In this document: positions 13,051 through 34,723 of the stretch, in pieces
Layout: every line of letters starts with the position of its first letter
How positions within the stretch are numbered: position 1 is the stretch's first letter
DNA from: Tubiluchus corallicola
Taxonomy: Eukaryota > Animalia > Priapulida
Direction of reading: 5' to 3'
Length of the DNA stretch: 64,000 bases
Assembly: GCA_030141605.1 (NCBI GenBank)
Contig: JAQGDQ010002384.1
Span: forward strand, 62,001-126,000
Translations under genes and position numbers: made by a program
The notes under the pieces: generated by a model
What the model was told of the DNA's origin: nothing
Databases searched by the model: none
Seen by the model: the letters and a program-made list of their open reading frames with translations, nothing else

Positions 13051-15180
13051 TATTACATAAGCGGCTATAACTAATACGGGAACAGAGAAATAGAAGCATT
13101 TGAAAACATAATTATATATCCGTTAGTTATATACATTTGTAGATCCTTTTAAACTATGTCTTGTTAATTGCTATACTACAAACGCTTGTTTTTTTTCTGT
13201 ATTTAAAAATAAAATTGTCATAAAACGGAATGTTGCAGTTGGTTACACTTATTTAATGTGAGCAGTGTGCTGTGTTGCGGGGAAAAGCAATGCATACTAC
13301 TACTGTTGTTTCCAAAATATTTAAAAGACAAGAAAAAGGGTACCTGATGTAGGTTTCAGAAAAATCGCCTTAAAAATTATACTACTTTACAGCAATTATA
13401 TGTGTACATAGTGCTTGCGTTGAAAGGAATTTTTGTTTGTTTTCATTTTAAATCTTCTGCAATACTGTTCTGACGGCGCCATTACATGACGTCACTACGA
13501 CACGAAAATCAGGGGAAGAAAAGGCATTGCTAAATTATTTCCAAAAAAATATTCCATGCATATCCATATTACTTACCATTTCGCTTAACTGCTGGAAAGA
13601 CTTATGTAACTAGAAATAACAATTTAAAATATTCGTGCCAATTGGTAAAATGTCGCTGAGTCACCCTTCAGGGTGCGCCACTCAGTAACCAAAATGGTAT
13701 TTCTAATCTTATTGACAAGATACAGTAATTTAAAATTTTACTTAGTTAGTAACATGTATGCTAGGATGCTCTGATTATTTTTTCAAAAATTACTCAGTGT
13801 TATCTATGCTAGGATGCTCTGATTATTTTTTCAAACTTTGCTCAGTGTTATCTAAACTTGTTTCAAACGACCTACCATCAAAATGGCTGCCCCTAATGGT
13901 CATCGCGGGAGTAAATTTACACACTTTATTCAGCGTTACAGCCGACGCAAACGACGATGCCGACTGCATGCAAAAAGACAGTGTGTAAATGGTATAAATT
14001 TCAAGACGAATTTTTTAAGCTTTATGTAAGTGGAGGTTTTTCTTGTGCTTTAAAAATTTACTTTTAAAATAATCTACAACCTCCTTGCATGAACGTAGTT
14101 TCTTCTTGCAAATCTCTGTCTCATTTCCATCCTAGTGACCCATCAACTTATACCGGCCAATAATTAATATTACACTCGAGGGTTAGCAACCAGGAAGAGA
14201 TTGTCAGAGTGCACTTAAATGTATCCAAGGTTTTTGATTGATTTCAACATGACGGTTTTTTTTCAAATTACATGCAGCCCATTATTAGATTGGCTAAAAT
14301 AAAATAATATTTAGAGAGCTGTCATCAAAGTGTTGTCATTAAGGGATCTGAATGCCTCAGAAAGGATTCACGTAGAGGCGGGAGTCTCCAAGGATAGATT
14401 CTACGCCCACTGTTGTTTTGGTGTTCATTAATGACACATCTGCAAACTTGGAGAATACTCTTCGTTGTTTACATACTTTTTTCTAACTCTCTCTCTTTTT
14501 TGTCCCCTGAAAAATATTAGCCTTGCAGTTGAAATCCTAAACTGTGACATTACTAAAATTCAAAACTTGGTATTCAAAGTGGTTAATAACAATGATGGTT
14601 CAAAAGTAGTTCAGTAAAATGCTGGAGGTATAATACTTTTTTCGTAATGCTGAAAATGAAGTAATGAATTGTATTTTCGACTATTAACACAGTGGCTTGC
14701 TCAGTGCTGTGTTATCTCCCGGAAACTCTATATCGAAGACAAAACCGACTGCAATTCTTTTAACACGTTAGTCTATTCAGGTATGTTAATTTAGTCTTTT
14801 TATTTTATTTAATTAGCTTTTATTCTGGGAAGACTTATTGCATAGTGATTGGTTTTTCTTTCTATTCAGTCGTGGTAATTTTTTATAGCTTGTTATATTT
14901 TAAATCAATGATGTTTTGCTTTTCATTTTCTTTTTTTCACTCTGGTGACCTACTGCCTTAACATTTTATCTGTAATATTCATCTGATGAGGCCGTTAGGA
15001 CGAAAACTCCTGAAATAAATAAGTAATCTATTGTGAGATTATAAAGTGCATTCAACGTTTTATTCAGGCTAAAGATGGCAAGCCTCATGCGCATTTTTTT
15101 CACATTTTAGATGATTTAAAAAATTTGGCGCACGTTATTCCAAAACCGGTAGCCCTTAAAACAGCGCCCTCTTGCCCACG

Positions 15181-15234
15181 TATAAAACAAGTCTAGCATG
15201 ACCTTGTACTTCAGTAGTCCACTCATAAGTGAGC
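15181..15234 (+). promoter_or_regulatory. Core promoter of P450 C: TATA box, Inr and a short non-coding first exon
   Basis: TATAAAA 15181-15187, TCAGT Inr 15211-15215 (about 30 nt downstream), donor GTGAGC at 15229, and acceptor CAG 15522-15524 lying 16 nt before the ATG. Confidence 0.55.
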
Positions 15235-15540
15235 TTAAAAATAGGTTTATTTCCGAATTTGCGAGTGCCGTTGCGCTCAGTTAAAGCTTGCTTGTGAGTC
15301 TTGTACATAACAGGCAGTACTGCTTAGCAATAAACAGTCAAATCTCGATATTAGCGTTGATTACATCATTTAAATGTGTTGATTTACATCTACAAACGTT
15401 ATATTGTAGACACGTGTATAAAAAACACGTCTTCAAAATTAGTGCGACGCTTTCAAATATCCCAAGCGGCCAAGGCAGTGAAATCTATTTTTAAAAAAAT
15501 TGCAGTCTGTTGTGTTTAATGCAGCAACATCGACATTAGC

Positions 15541-23573
<8,033 letters not shown>

Positions 23574-23851
23574 AGTGTCGAACACCCACAAGTACAAGAG
23601 TTTCATATGAAAATCTGCATGATTGTTCATGCAACGTAGGGTCAAGCGGTAAGGGGCTAGGCGCCTAGAGGAGAAGTTTCAGATGCAAAAGCAGGAACTT
23701 TTGCCATGGGAGGAATTCGGTCAGACGAAGAACTCTAATCTGGGGGGAAATGTATTCTATGCACTGTGTATACACCTATACTTAACCAAATGAACTGCTG
23801 CTAATATACACAAGTTAGTAAGCTGCGTGCAGACGAAAGTTAGAATTAAAA

Positions 23852-23970
23852 CACATTGAAGTTTTGTGAAGATTTAATTAACTATCATCTTTTTCTATTA
23901 ATGCACTTAAACATTGAAGTTTTGTGATGATTCAATTAACTATCATCTTTTTTCTATTAATGCACTTAAA
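23852..23970. repeat. ~59-bp tandem duplication
   Basis: ACATTGAAGTTTTGTGA...CTATTAATGCACTTAA occurs twice. Confidence 0.8.
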
Positions 23971-25433
23971 AAGAGGAGCTTTAAACTTGTAATTCTTTAG
24001 CAACTCATTTGGACATTAAATCATGTACATGTTTTATGACGAATTAAAATACTGATTTCGTTTTTCATTTGATTTAACTAATTCAAGATTAAAGTTGTTT
24101 TAATAATTAAAGTGCAGAGGCAGAAAAATTAATGGAGTAAATTTAGGAAACCAGGAATCGCAAAGGTTGGCATGCGAATCAGAGCTCCGAGCGTCATTGG
24201 CTGGGGAATTGAACAAATACAGATGTTTCCAGAGCAAGGGTATACCTTGTTTTAGTCCTTTATTTCAAATACACGTTTTACGTAGCTTGATAGATATCCA
24301 ACTCTAGAATGTAAATAAATAATAGACAGCAAATCATGTGTTCCAGTAAAAATGACAAAGAAAAATTATTAAAACACGGAAGACTACAATGAAATTATAT
24401 TTGTTGTAGTTTTAATTATTATATATATATATAATTGTTATAATATATATATATATATAAATATTAGAAACCTAAATAATTACTGTTTAAATATAAATAA
24501 AAATAAAACGATGGGATGCTTTATCCTTTGATCTGAGGTCTGACAACTGTATAATTCTCGTCAACGCAACACGCCTTGCAAGTATCACAAGCCCTGGAAT
24601 AAGAAAAAAAACCGTCTAATTATTATTAATAAAATTGGATACTTTTAAACTGTTGATGTGTATCGATATTTTTATCATTTAACCGTTACATAGGATAAAT
24701 GGTTGGGGCTTTCTGACAGTCTATTGTGGCTTTTTGACAATCTATTGTGGCTTTCTGACAATCTATATTTAGAGGTCATCTGATGCAACCGTAACCTGCA
24801 AAATTACAACCGTTAAAACAAAAAACCAAACAAACACAAAAACAAACAAATAAACAAACAGCAGACACAAACACACAAATAAACAAACAGACAAACAAGC
24901 AAGCAAACAGCTAAAACAAAAGCCAAATTCCCATGCAGAGATTAAAAAGTCCTATTCAAAGTCCTATTCAATTTATTGTACTTACGATTTGATACTTACA
25001 CACATTTCTCATGATATCCACACTGCTTAATTCTGGGATCGCATGGCCACACAAAACAGTAATACGTAACTGGAGCCCAACAACCTGTAACCAAGAAAAC
25101 TCCTTTTACGAGTGTCGTGGTGGCTGTCTCTCTGCCGGAGTGCACCACCATAATGGACGTTCTCTATTACTTAATAAACATTTCCGAAATTTAACAACAA
25201 TTACGACGTATCTGAACTGAAAACGTAGGTGGAAGTTCAAAACAAACAAGCGTAGGAGCGATTAGATGTAAGTAACCTCTTGCAAAAGTAATTCACCATT
25301 TGTTTTGATCCCGTTAATAGTAAGTGCATTTAATCTAGACAACGGAATTCTAATTTATCACTGTAACAACTTGAAAGAACAGTACTCACCGCTTAGGAGA
25401 CATTCATTTTCTGGTGGATGTTTCAATTTATCA

Positions 25434-25670
25434 AAAAAACTTGCAGCTGTCACTTCTAAATTAAAAAACACCAAACCGTATTACTGTAAGTTATGTACGT
25501 CTATACTGTACGGTACTTGTCAAAAAACTTTCAGTTGTCACTTGTAAATTAAAACTACCATACCGTATTACTGTAAGTTATGTATGTCTATACTGTACGG
25601 TACTTGTCAAAAAACTTTTCGTTGTCACTTCTAAATTAAAAAAACACCAAAGAGTATTACTCTAAGTTAT
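25434..25670. repeat. ~88-bp tandem repeat, about 2.6 copies
   Basis: Recurrent GTCACTT(C/G)TAAATTAAAA...GTATTACT(G/C)TAAGTTAT. Confidence 0.8.
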
Positions 25671-26302
25671 TCTTAACAAGTCTATAGATACTGTACGTAT
25701 AGAACATAGATTCGTATAGAATACTATGATTTCAAATTATAATAATGCAAACTTACCGTATCCTAAGTTAGCAACTAGCCCCACAAAAACACAAACCATG
25801 AAAATTGTCTTTGACGAATCCATTTCAAAATGTCTTGCAACGTTGTTGGCGTATAAATGTTTCTTAATTCAATTTCTGAAATTCAGTGTCTTTATGAATT
25901 CATTTACGACTGTACGTTGAGGTAACATACGTCCTGCAGTCTTGCTTCGACAGTAAACTATCGCATTAAATGTTCAAGGGTATGAGGGCTGTATATATAC
26001 GTAATTCATACAAGACTCGTGCTCACAAACAACAACATACAATAGTTTGTGGAACAGGATGCTGGTGTTTCCTTTTAGCTATTTAACTACTCACGACTAC
26101 ATGTAGTGTAATAACTGATCCGTGTAGCTTCTGAGAGCTCAAAAAGTTGTTACGTACGTAGCCTTTCTGCATCACAATTTTCTTAAGTATAGACCTACAT
26201 TTATTAGAAACGAAAATACTTCGCTCAGACGGAAACTTGTAAACACAAAACATCACAGACATTTTAATAGTCCAGCAGGGAACATCTCTTTGTTCATTGC
26301 CA

Positions 26303-26637
26303 TCACCACTACATTCACTAACAGCATCACCATCACCATCATCGTCGTCGTCATCATCAACAACGACAACGACAACAGCAGCAGTAACAACAACAATAAC
26401 ATCATCGTGGTCATCAGCATCATCATCATCATCAACGACAACGACAATAACAACAACAGCAGCAGCAACAACAATAACAATAACATCGTCGTGGTCATCA
26501 GCATCATCATCATCATCCTCACCATCATCATCAACGACAACAACAACAACAGCAGCAGCAGCAGCAGCAACAACAACAACAATAACCTCGTCGTGGTCAT
26601 CAGCATCATCATCATCATCATGATTGACGATAACAAC
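26303..26637. repeat. Compound trinucleotide low-complexity repeat (CAT/CAA/CAG)
   Basis: Mixed triplets with a repeated TCGTGGTCATCAGCATC block; homopolymeric ORFs in several frames. Confidence 0.85.
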
Positions 26638-27284
26638 AGGTACATTCGTGGGCATTGCTTAAGGTACTATGAGGCCAACCCTTATGTACATAAATGATAA
26701 AAAACCATCAAACATAATTATTAGAATCTATAGTTTAACGAGTGATTATTATTTTTCTAAAACGTCACGGATATTAACATTCTGTACAGGAAAACAATCA
26801 AAGCTATACATAACAAAACTAATTCCTCATAATCAGGCTGACTTGAGCCAGTAATATAGCAAATTATGTTCAAAAAACACAGTGAAATTGTCAACGAATT
26901 ACAGATTATTTAATACATGATACTTAATCAATAGATAATTAACGTTTAATAAAATTAATTTACTGTCAGTAATTGTCAAAGAGTTTCGTTCACCAACTTA
27001 AGAAAACGAAACAAACACTGCACAAACCGTTTAAACAAATTAAACTGCATACAGTTTTTCGCTGTTCAGAAACTGAGGTTTACATTACCAAAATTATTAT
27101 GCTTAATGAATGAATAGTTTAATAATACTTGTTAATGAAGTATAGAGTTACCATAATAAAAAGTCATCAATCATCGAAAAACATGCTTTCAACGATTGTT
27201 GGCCATCTTTATTACACTAAACTGCGTTCAAAATCAAGTAGTCGAATATTTTAACCACTTATCGTGAATCCACTTTGTTGCGTA

Positions 27285-27686
27285 CAGGGGCGTATCAATA
27301 CTTTACAGCGTCCTAGGCTGATTATTCTGTCTGGTCCATTTCTATTGCGAACTTATATAATGAGCACGATAAACAATTACTTGTGGTGTATTAGAAACAC
27401 TATTAACCTAGTTTTACGTGGTCATTATTATTAACATGTATTTGCACAGCGCAGGCTGCGCAACTGCTTTTTGTGTAATACCTTGCACCTGTTCGTTATG
27501 TGGCACTTATATAAAAGTTGCTCTCACTAATATAAAATGATGTATTAGAAAATGCGCCCTTTACATGAATATGAAAGTACACACATTTTCCAAGTAAAAT
27601 AAGAATTTTTTCTAAAACGTGACGCTCTTCGGACCTTTGGCGCCCTAGGCTTTAGCCTAGTTAGCCTATTTGTTAATACGCCCATT
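27285..27686. mobile_element. Degenerate hAT-type MITE
   Basis: Imperfect TIRs CAGGGGCGTATCAA ... TTAATACGCCCATT, with subterminal GGCGCCCTAGGC..TAGCCTA motifs. Confidence 0.4.
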
Positions 27687-27849
27687 ATTGTATACAATGT
27701 CTGCGAGCAAACAAGAAAAGAACATTACGTTAAAATTGCAACCCAACATAAATCATCACAATTATTTTGCAACGTGAAAGACCTGCCTACTACACAAATA
27801 CAAACTTTATCGTGAACTACATAAGTTATCAAAGCACGCAAGAAAAGCC

Positions 27850-28553
27850 TGCCACATTGATTCGGAATTCAAGAGATGATTTCGTCTTAAATGAATTCTA
27901 CAAAATTTATAATGTAATATTCTCTCAAGTATGGGCCATAATCGTAATGACATAGTAGCTAAAACTCTGATCAATACATATTGTCTACCCAATGTCTACC
28001 ATACATATTTGTTATACGGATGCGAAATTGGGGGTATATCAGACAATGAAGTTAATGCCATTAGGGTAAAATGGAACACTGCTTATAGAAAAATATTCGA
28101 TTTTAGACAAAATGAAAGCGTCAAATTGTTAATGTATTTTTGTGGCGCATTGCCTGCGAGTTATTTAGTAGATAGTCGAAAATTAAACTTTGTGAGAAAA
28201 ATTGTAAACTCCTGCACATTGAGAATTCCAAAGCCATGCTACTATGTAAATAACAGTCAAGTAACTTTAAGATTTAAACATGGTTGTACTGTAGCTCTAA
28301 ATCCTAAACGAAAATGTAAAATTAAAGGTTAAGAACTCATTTAAAGATTATGTTTTAAGATATCTATTATAGCTCCTTACAACACTGTATAATGTAATAT
28401 AATTACAAGGGAACTACAATGTGTGGTTATTATAAAGTTGAATGTCTGTAGATATGTTATTTTACTAATATCGCATTACCTGTTTTACTAACATTTTTAT
28501 CTTTGTGAGCTGTATATTTTTTATACGAAATAAACTCATAATAACAATAATAA
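27850..28553 (+). mobile_element. 5'-truncated LINE (non-LTR retrotransposon) 3' fragment
   Basis: ORF 27931-28332 resembles the post-RT region of LINE ORF2 (YCLP..LLYGCE..WNTAYRKIF). It ends in AATAAA plus a (TAA)-like tail at ~28529-28553. Confidence 0.65.
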
Positions 28554-28755
28554 TTGTAAGTTTCTGTGAAATAATAGTTAAGTTGAAAAGAATTTGGCAG
28601 TAGCTATTCACACACTTGCGGGGCAGGCGGGGCAGAGGACACAATCGATTACAGTGCCATGCCCACAGTGGCTATTTTGGATGGCATCAAGAAAACTTAA
28701 CACACAGTATTATAAGACATAATAATATTTACATTTCAGACTTGCACTGGCATTA

Positions 28756-31700
28756 TCATGCCACGCAAGTTAGTTTATCAACAGTTTCACGACATTCTTC
28801 ACATTTTACTTCGCAACACCATTCGAATTTACAATTGCAGCTTGTAAACAGTTGCAGGGTCTGTCGGCGAACTTTCAAACCGCAGTTTTTACACAAGGTT
28901 TTACAGCTTCGTCTCTCTGATTGTGAAATTTCTTTTCCCTTTCGTTTAGAGCAAAGCCTGCCCGCTGTTCCAACATGTCCTGTAATTCATTGAAAGCCAC
29001 ATAAATTTGTATTGTGAACTGATACACATTTGTCTTAAAAAAACCCAAGAATGCAGCGACAATAAGATCAAGATTAAGCTTATAGTTATGAGAACTTTTT
29101 TACCTATTCTAAATTTGACAGTACATGTTTACGTCATGATACTTTTATTAATTTAGCAAACTGATAAATGTGCATCAGCGCTTGGTATTAAAAATAAAAT
29201 TTATTATGTGAAGAAAGACTTTGTTCATCTAACTGGGCACCAAGTCAAAGGATGTAATAATCATTATGCTATATATGGGTCGCAGAAACAGAGGCTTAAA
29301 AGTTTAGCACCAAAACGCCAAAAGATTGAGTTCAACTAACGAAACGGTTAAACATCTCGCATAAAAAAGCTAAACAAGAAACTTCATGACCCATTTGTTA
29401 CTGTCAATGAAAAATGATAGGAATGCTTACAGAAAGCCGCGATTTTGTTTCAATATAAATATATGCATAACCTGTATTCTGAGGATTACCCACATATCAC
29501 AATACCGAAAGTAAAGTAAAGTAAAGTAAAGTAAAGTAAAGTAAAGTAAAGTAAAGTAAAGTAAAGTAAAGTAAAGTAAAGTAAAGTAAAGTAAAGTAAA
29601 GTAAAGTAAAGTAAAGTAAAGTAAAGTAAAGTAAAGTAAAGTAAAGTAAAGTAAAGTAAAGTAAAGTAAAGTAAAGTAAAGTAAAGTAAAGTAAAGTAAA
29701 GTAAAGTAAAGTAAAGTAAAGTAAAGTAAAGTAAAGTAAAGTAAAACAAAGTAAGGTAAAGCAAAGCAAAGTAAAGTAAGGCAAAGTAAAGTAAAGTAAA
29801 GTAAAGTAAAGTAAAGTACAGTAAAGTAAAGTAAAGTAAAGTAAAGTAAAGTAAAGTAAAGTAAAGTAAAGTAAAGTAAAGTAAAGTAAAGTAAAGTAAA
29901 GTAAAGTAAAGTAAAGTAAAGTAAAGTAAAGTAAAGTAAAGTAAAGTAAAAGTAAAGTAAAGTAAAGTAAAGTAAAGTAAAGTAAAGTAAAGTAAAGTAA
30001 AGTAAAGTAAAGTAAAGTAAAGTAAAGTAAAGTAAAGTAAAGTAAAGTAAAGTAAAGTAAAGTAAATTAATGTAAAGCAAAGCAAAGAAAAGCAAAGTAA
30101 AGTAAAGCAAAGCAAAGTAAAGTAACACAAAGTAAAGCAAAGCAAAGCAAAATACGGCAAAGTGAAGTAAAGAAAAGTAAATTAACTTTAAGCAAAATAT
30201 GGCAAAGTAAAGTAAAGTAAAAATAATGCAAAACAAAGTAAAGCTAAGTATATTGTAAAGTTGTAAAGTTGAGTAAGGTAAGGTAAAGTTAGACAAAGAA
30301 AAATAAATTAAACATCGTACCGGACTTCATACCTTCTGTAATATTAGCTTTGCAATAGTCATGGGATGGTTCCAAATAGACGAGACTCCTCCTTTTTAGG
30401 GAAGGTATTTCTTCAATACGTCCTGTATTCATCAATTTCAATTCGCCGTTTTTATAGTCAACTTTCACCGCTTTCCAGTATCTCTTCTTCAAGTAATCGC
30501 CAACTTTCCGGAAATCGGACAACTGCAGCCAACATGTTTGCGTCGAACAACTTCCGGATACGCCGTGGCACTTGCAGGTTCGTTTTAGAGTATGGCGGAC
30601 CGCCTGATAACAACAAATTTTGCTCTTTAATCTTGACCATAATCAATGCAAACAAATATTCTAGTAGACGTAAGTTAAAACATACTGCAAGAGCAATCTG
30701 TATTTCAATTTAGAGATAGCATGTACTTCTACGACCTTCGACACGTGATCAATTGTTTCTTTGGCTGTTGCTGCATTTGGCCGTTAGGCAACTTTTGCAA
30801 TCGAGTTTTCTAGTTATTCAGTTTTGTAACAAATAAAAATAAAATTCAACAACAAACAACTTAAAAAATAAATTCAAGCCAGAAATTCAAAAAATATTAT
30901 ATTTATTAATCAAAGAGGCGTCACTTTAAAATACCTCATCTTTCTTACCAGTAGATAGCACCACGTTATGCATATTACGCTATTACTAGCGCTGTTTACG
31001 TGGTAGAGTCCCCATCTACTAAAATCAGTGTTAAACTAAAAAAGTTAGTACGCCTTTAATTTCAATTATTCATAATTTCTATTATTACACTTTGCGTTAA
31101 GTAGTGAAAATATTCAATTGTGCTTTACTATGTTAATATAAATAAAGGTGTTAAGTGAACTTACTGCTCTCCCTGCTTTATTATTGTGCAGATTCATCAA
31201 AGCTGTTGCATCTTTCCCAGTTTCCAAAGCGTCTACGAACTGCTTACTTATTTGCTCTCCAAATTTGACATTGTCACTGCACCCACCCCAAGTCCAGCCC
31301 GGAGCTGCTATAACAAAACAAAACACAAAGATGGCAGAAACAAAGTATTAAGAAACAAACTGCGAAGATATTTGACAGGTAGAATTTTCCATAGATGTAA
31401 TTTCTAGGTGTCAACTAAACTAAACTAAACTAAACTAAACTAAACTAAACTAAACTAAACTAAACTAAACTAAACTAAACTAAACTAAACTAAACTAAAC
31501 TAAACTAAACTAAACTAAACTAAACTAAACTAAACTAAACTAAACTAAACTAAACTATACTATACTAAATATGGAACTATATAATAAAACGCCTTTCAGA
31601 GCAAAAATGATCAGTCACGATGTGTTAATACCAAGAGACATCTATATCATACACCTATTCCGAGATTTCAAAGACTATTCACTTCAGTTTACACGTCTTT

Positions 31701-34571
31701 TTGCACAGTTTCGCAACTTGGTAAGACGTCATCTCAAAACGAGTGTGGCGGGACCCGAACTATTCTCACTCATCATCAGGGATAAGCCTGTACGATGAGA
31801 CAGTGACCCAGCAAAAATATTCAGTACGTACAATTGCATGCGCGTGTCTTCCTCGAGAAAAGAAATGACTGAATATCGGCTGTCACCTCTCCATTAACTA
31901 ACCAGATCTGGCGTTACTTAACCTTGCAGCTAAGCACGCACTGCCGGCCCTGTCTTATTTTCGGAAACATTACAACTTAAAATTCAGATGTAGTGTTTGT
32001 AGTTCTATTTCTAATGAAAGTGTGGTAACGGTGTTTTAGTAAATACAGGTGCGTCTCAAATAATTGTCAAAAATATAAATACCTTGGCCTTTGCGCCTGT
32101 CATCACAACCGCAGTTTTCAAATTCTCCAGAACTACAGTTTCGGGTCAACGTGTACATAACTCCAGCTGAACTGATGGCATGAACAAATGAGGTTTCCCG
32201 TGTTGCTGAAAACATTGTTACTGTTTTAGCCGAATAGTCCTTTTTAAAATTATCTAGTGTAAATGTAACGTGATCAAATGAGATGTAATACGGCAATTTC
32301 ATATATAATAGCATCGACGACGATAACGATATGTGATGGTGGAGCTGCTGCTGCTGACGATGTTGATGATGGTGATGGTAGTGAAGAAAACGAAGGTGAC
32401 ATAATGATGATGATGATTATCCTATGTTGAAAATTGGTGTTTCATATTTGCAAGAGATTAAAAATACTGAAAATGCTGAATGCTTATCTACAAAACACTT
32501 AATCAGGCCCTATGATGTAGTAATGTAATGTAATATAATGTAATGTAATGTAATGTAATGTAATGCAATGCAATGCAATGCAATGCAATGCAATACAATA
32601 CAACACAATGCAATACAACACAATACAATACAATACAATATAATATAACATAATATAACATAATATAACATAACATAGCATAACATAGCATAACATAACA
32701 TAACATAACACAACACAACATAATATAATATAGTATAATATAATATTTTTACCTGCAGGAACACTGTGAGAATAAAGGGGTAATGACGATCGAGGACAGT
32801 TCCATCTCTCCCAGGCAAACTGATGCTGGCACTCTTCCATCCCAATTTGTGCTCCTGCTGCCACACTCGCAGAAAACGTCAAATACGCCTGAAAACAAAC
32901 GGACGAATGAAAACGAAAGAATGAGTGAACGAATGTATTATTGATTCTATGGACGAATGAACGAGTGACTGACTGACTGACTGAATGAATGAATGAACGA
33001 ATGAACGAACGAACGAACGAATGAATGAATGAACGAACGAACGAATGAATGAATGATTGACTGACTGAATGAATGAATGAATGAATGAATGAATGAATGA
33101 ATGAATGAATGAATGAATGAATGAATGAATGAATGGAGTCGCCAAAAGAAAGAAAAAAGGAAAAGGAAAATAAAACCAATCAATCAGCTAGTAATCAGTC
33201 AATCAATTCATAGAAACATCGTTCAGCCTATAAAGCAGTACATTATTAGTCACACAAGCCACAACCAACATTACAAGCTGCTACACAACGAGAAAGTCTT
33301 TTACTAACGTGAAATGATTGTGGCGGGAATGAAATCTCTTCAATATCAAAGATATTTTTTTAAATGAGACACTGAATCAACAGGGGTGCCTTGGCCTTAA
33401 TTGTGCATCCCCCTCAAAAGAAAAGAGCTACTGTAGCATGTGACAGTATACGGGAAATTAAAGTAATAAGAAGCAGATTTCCTGCCTGTTACTCATCAGG
33501 CTCGACGATGCTTAACTTCATAACTAGTCCTGCACCTTGACCATTTAGTTATTTTCTCGGTATAATAGAACAAGTCAAAAATGAACACCAACGTTTTTCG
33601 TACAATTCCTCTGTGAAATCATATCTAACGCTTCGGTAGCTACGTCATTAATTAACTCATTCGAGGGTTAATAAGCCAAATTTGCCAGTCGGCTAAAACT
33701 CAATAGAGTTGCGGAAATTTTTGTTTGCTATTTGCACCTCGTCGTGTGGCAGGCGCCAATTACCTTATTGTTACACCATACTCGAACACGATTCGAAGTT
33801 ATTAGCCTAATTCAGCTCCCCTGAAGTTACCGACAAGCGTGTCCAGACTTTGGCTGGTCGGATTTAGAGGCAGTGGTCAATAACTAGTATGGACCTAACA
33901 GGAGAAGCAAGCATTGCTACTTGTTGAGCAATGTATTTCCGACTTCCGGTGAAGGGGTTAATAACATTTTTTGAAATAAATACTCCAACAAAGCTTGTAA
34001 TCACACAGGAATAGATATTAATCTAAATTAAGTACAGCTTGGAATGTTGCTGTAAGAAAACTTTGGAATTTACTGTTTAGATCACACAAATACTGTCTTC
34101 CTTTTATATGTGATATCGTTCCGCCAGTTAAACAGTTACAGAAACCGTTTGTTAAATTTACCATAGTTGTTTAAATAGTGAAAATCGCATAGCCAATTTT
34201 TTTACACACAATTCTCGATTTCATGGCTCTTGTAATGGGTTATAATTTGTTATCTATTTGTAACGAGTACAAAACTTTTTACACAAATGAAAATTTTCTT
34301 TCTAAAGTTTTTTCCTGTACATGAGATGTAAAAAGTAATGTTAGCAAAGAACAAATACGGACTGTAAATTTCATTACCGAAGTTACTTGGGCTCTAGAAC
34401 GTAATTGTTTTAATTTTCTGACAGGAATGAGTTGTACGCCATACTAGCATATCTTACTCTCACTTAACGGTATATATTCACATTGCTTACTATTCTTGTT
34501 GACTAATGTTATTTTGCTTGTTAATCTGTTTGTTTATTTTATGTGATTGTTCCACGAGTACGAATGAAATG

Positions 34572-34644
<73 letters not shown>

Positions 34645-34685
34645 TGTGTGTGTGTATATATGTGTATATATATATATATATATAT

Positions 34686-34723
<38 letters not shown>

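Noticed and set aside
26083-26697. Mucin-like or poly-amino-acid ORFs
   Set aside because: Triplet low-complexity DNA open in several frames, with no splice or domain support.
29427-30296. 289-aa YFTLL-repeat ORF
   Set aside because: Translation of (TTTAC)n inside a Wnt8 intron.
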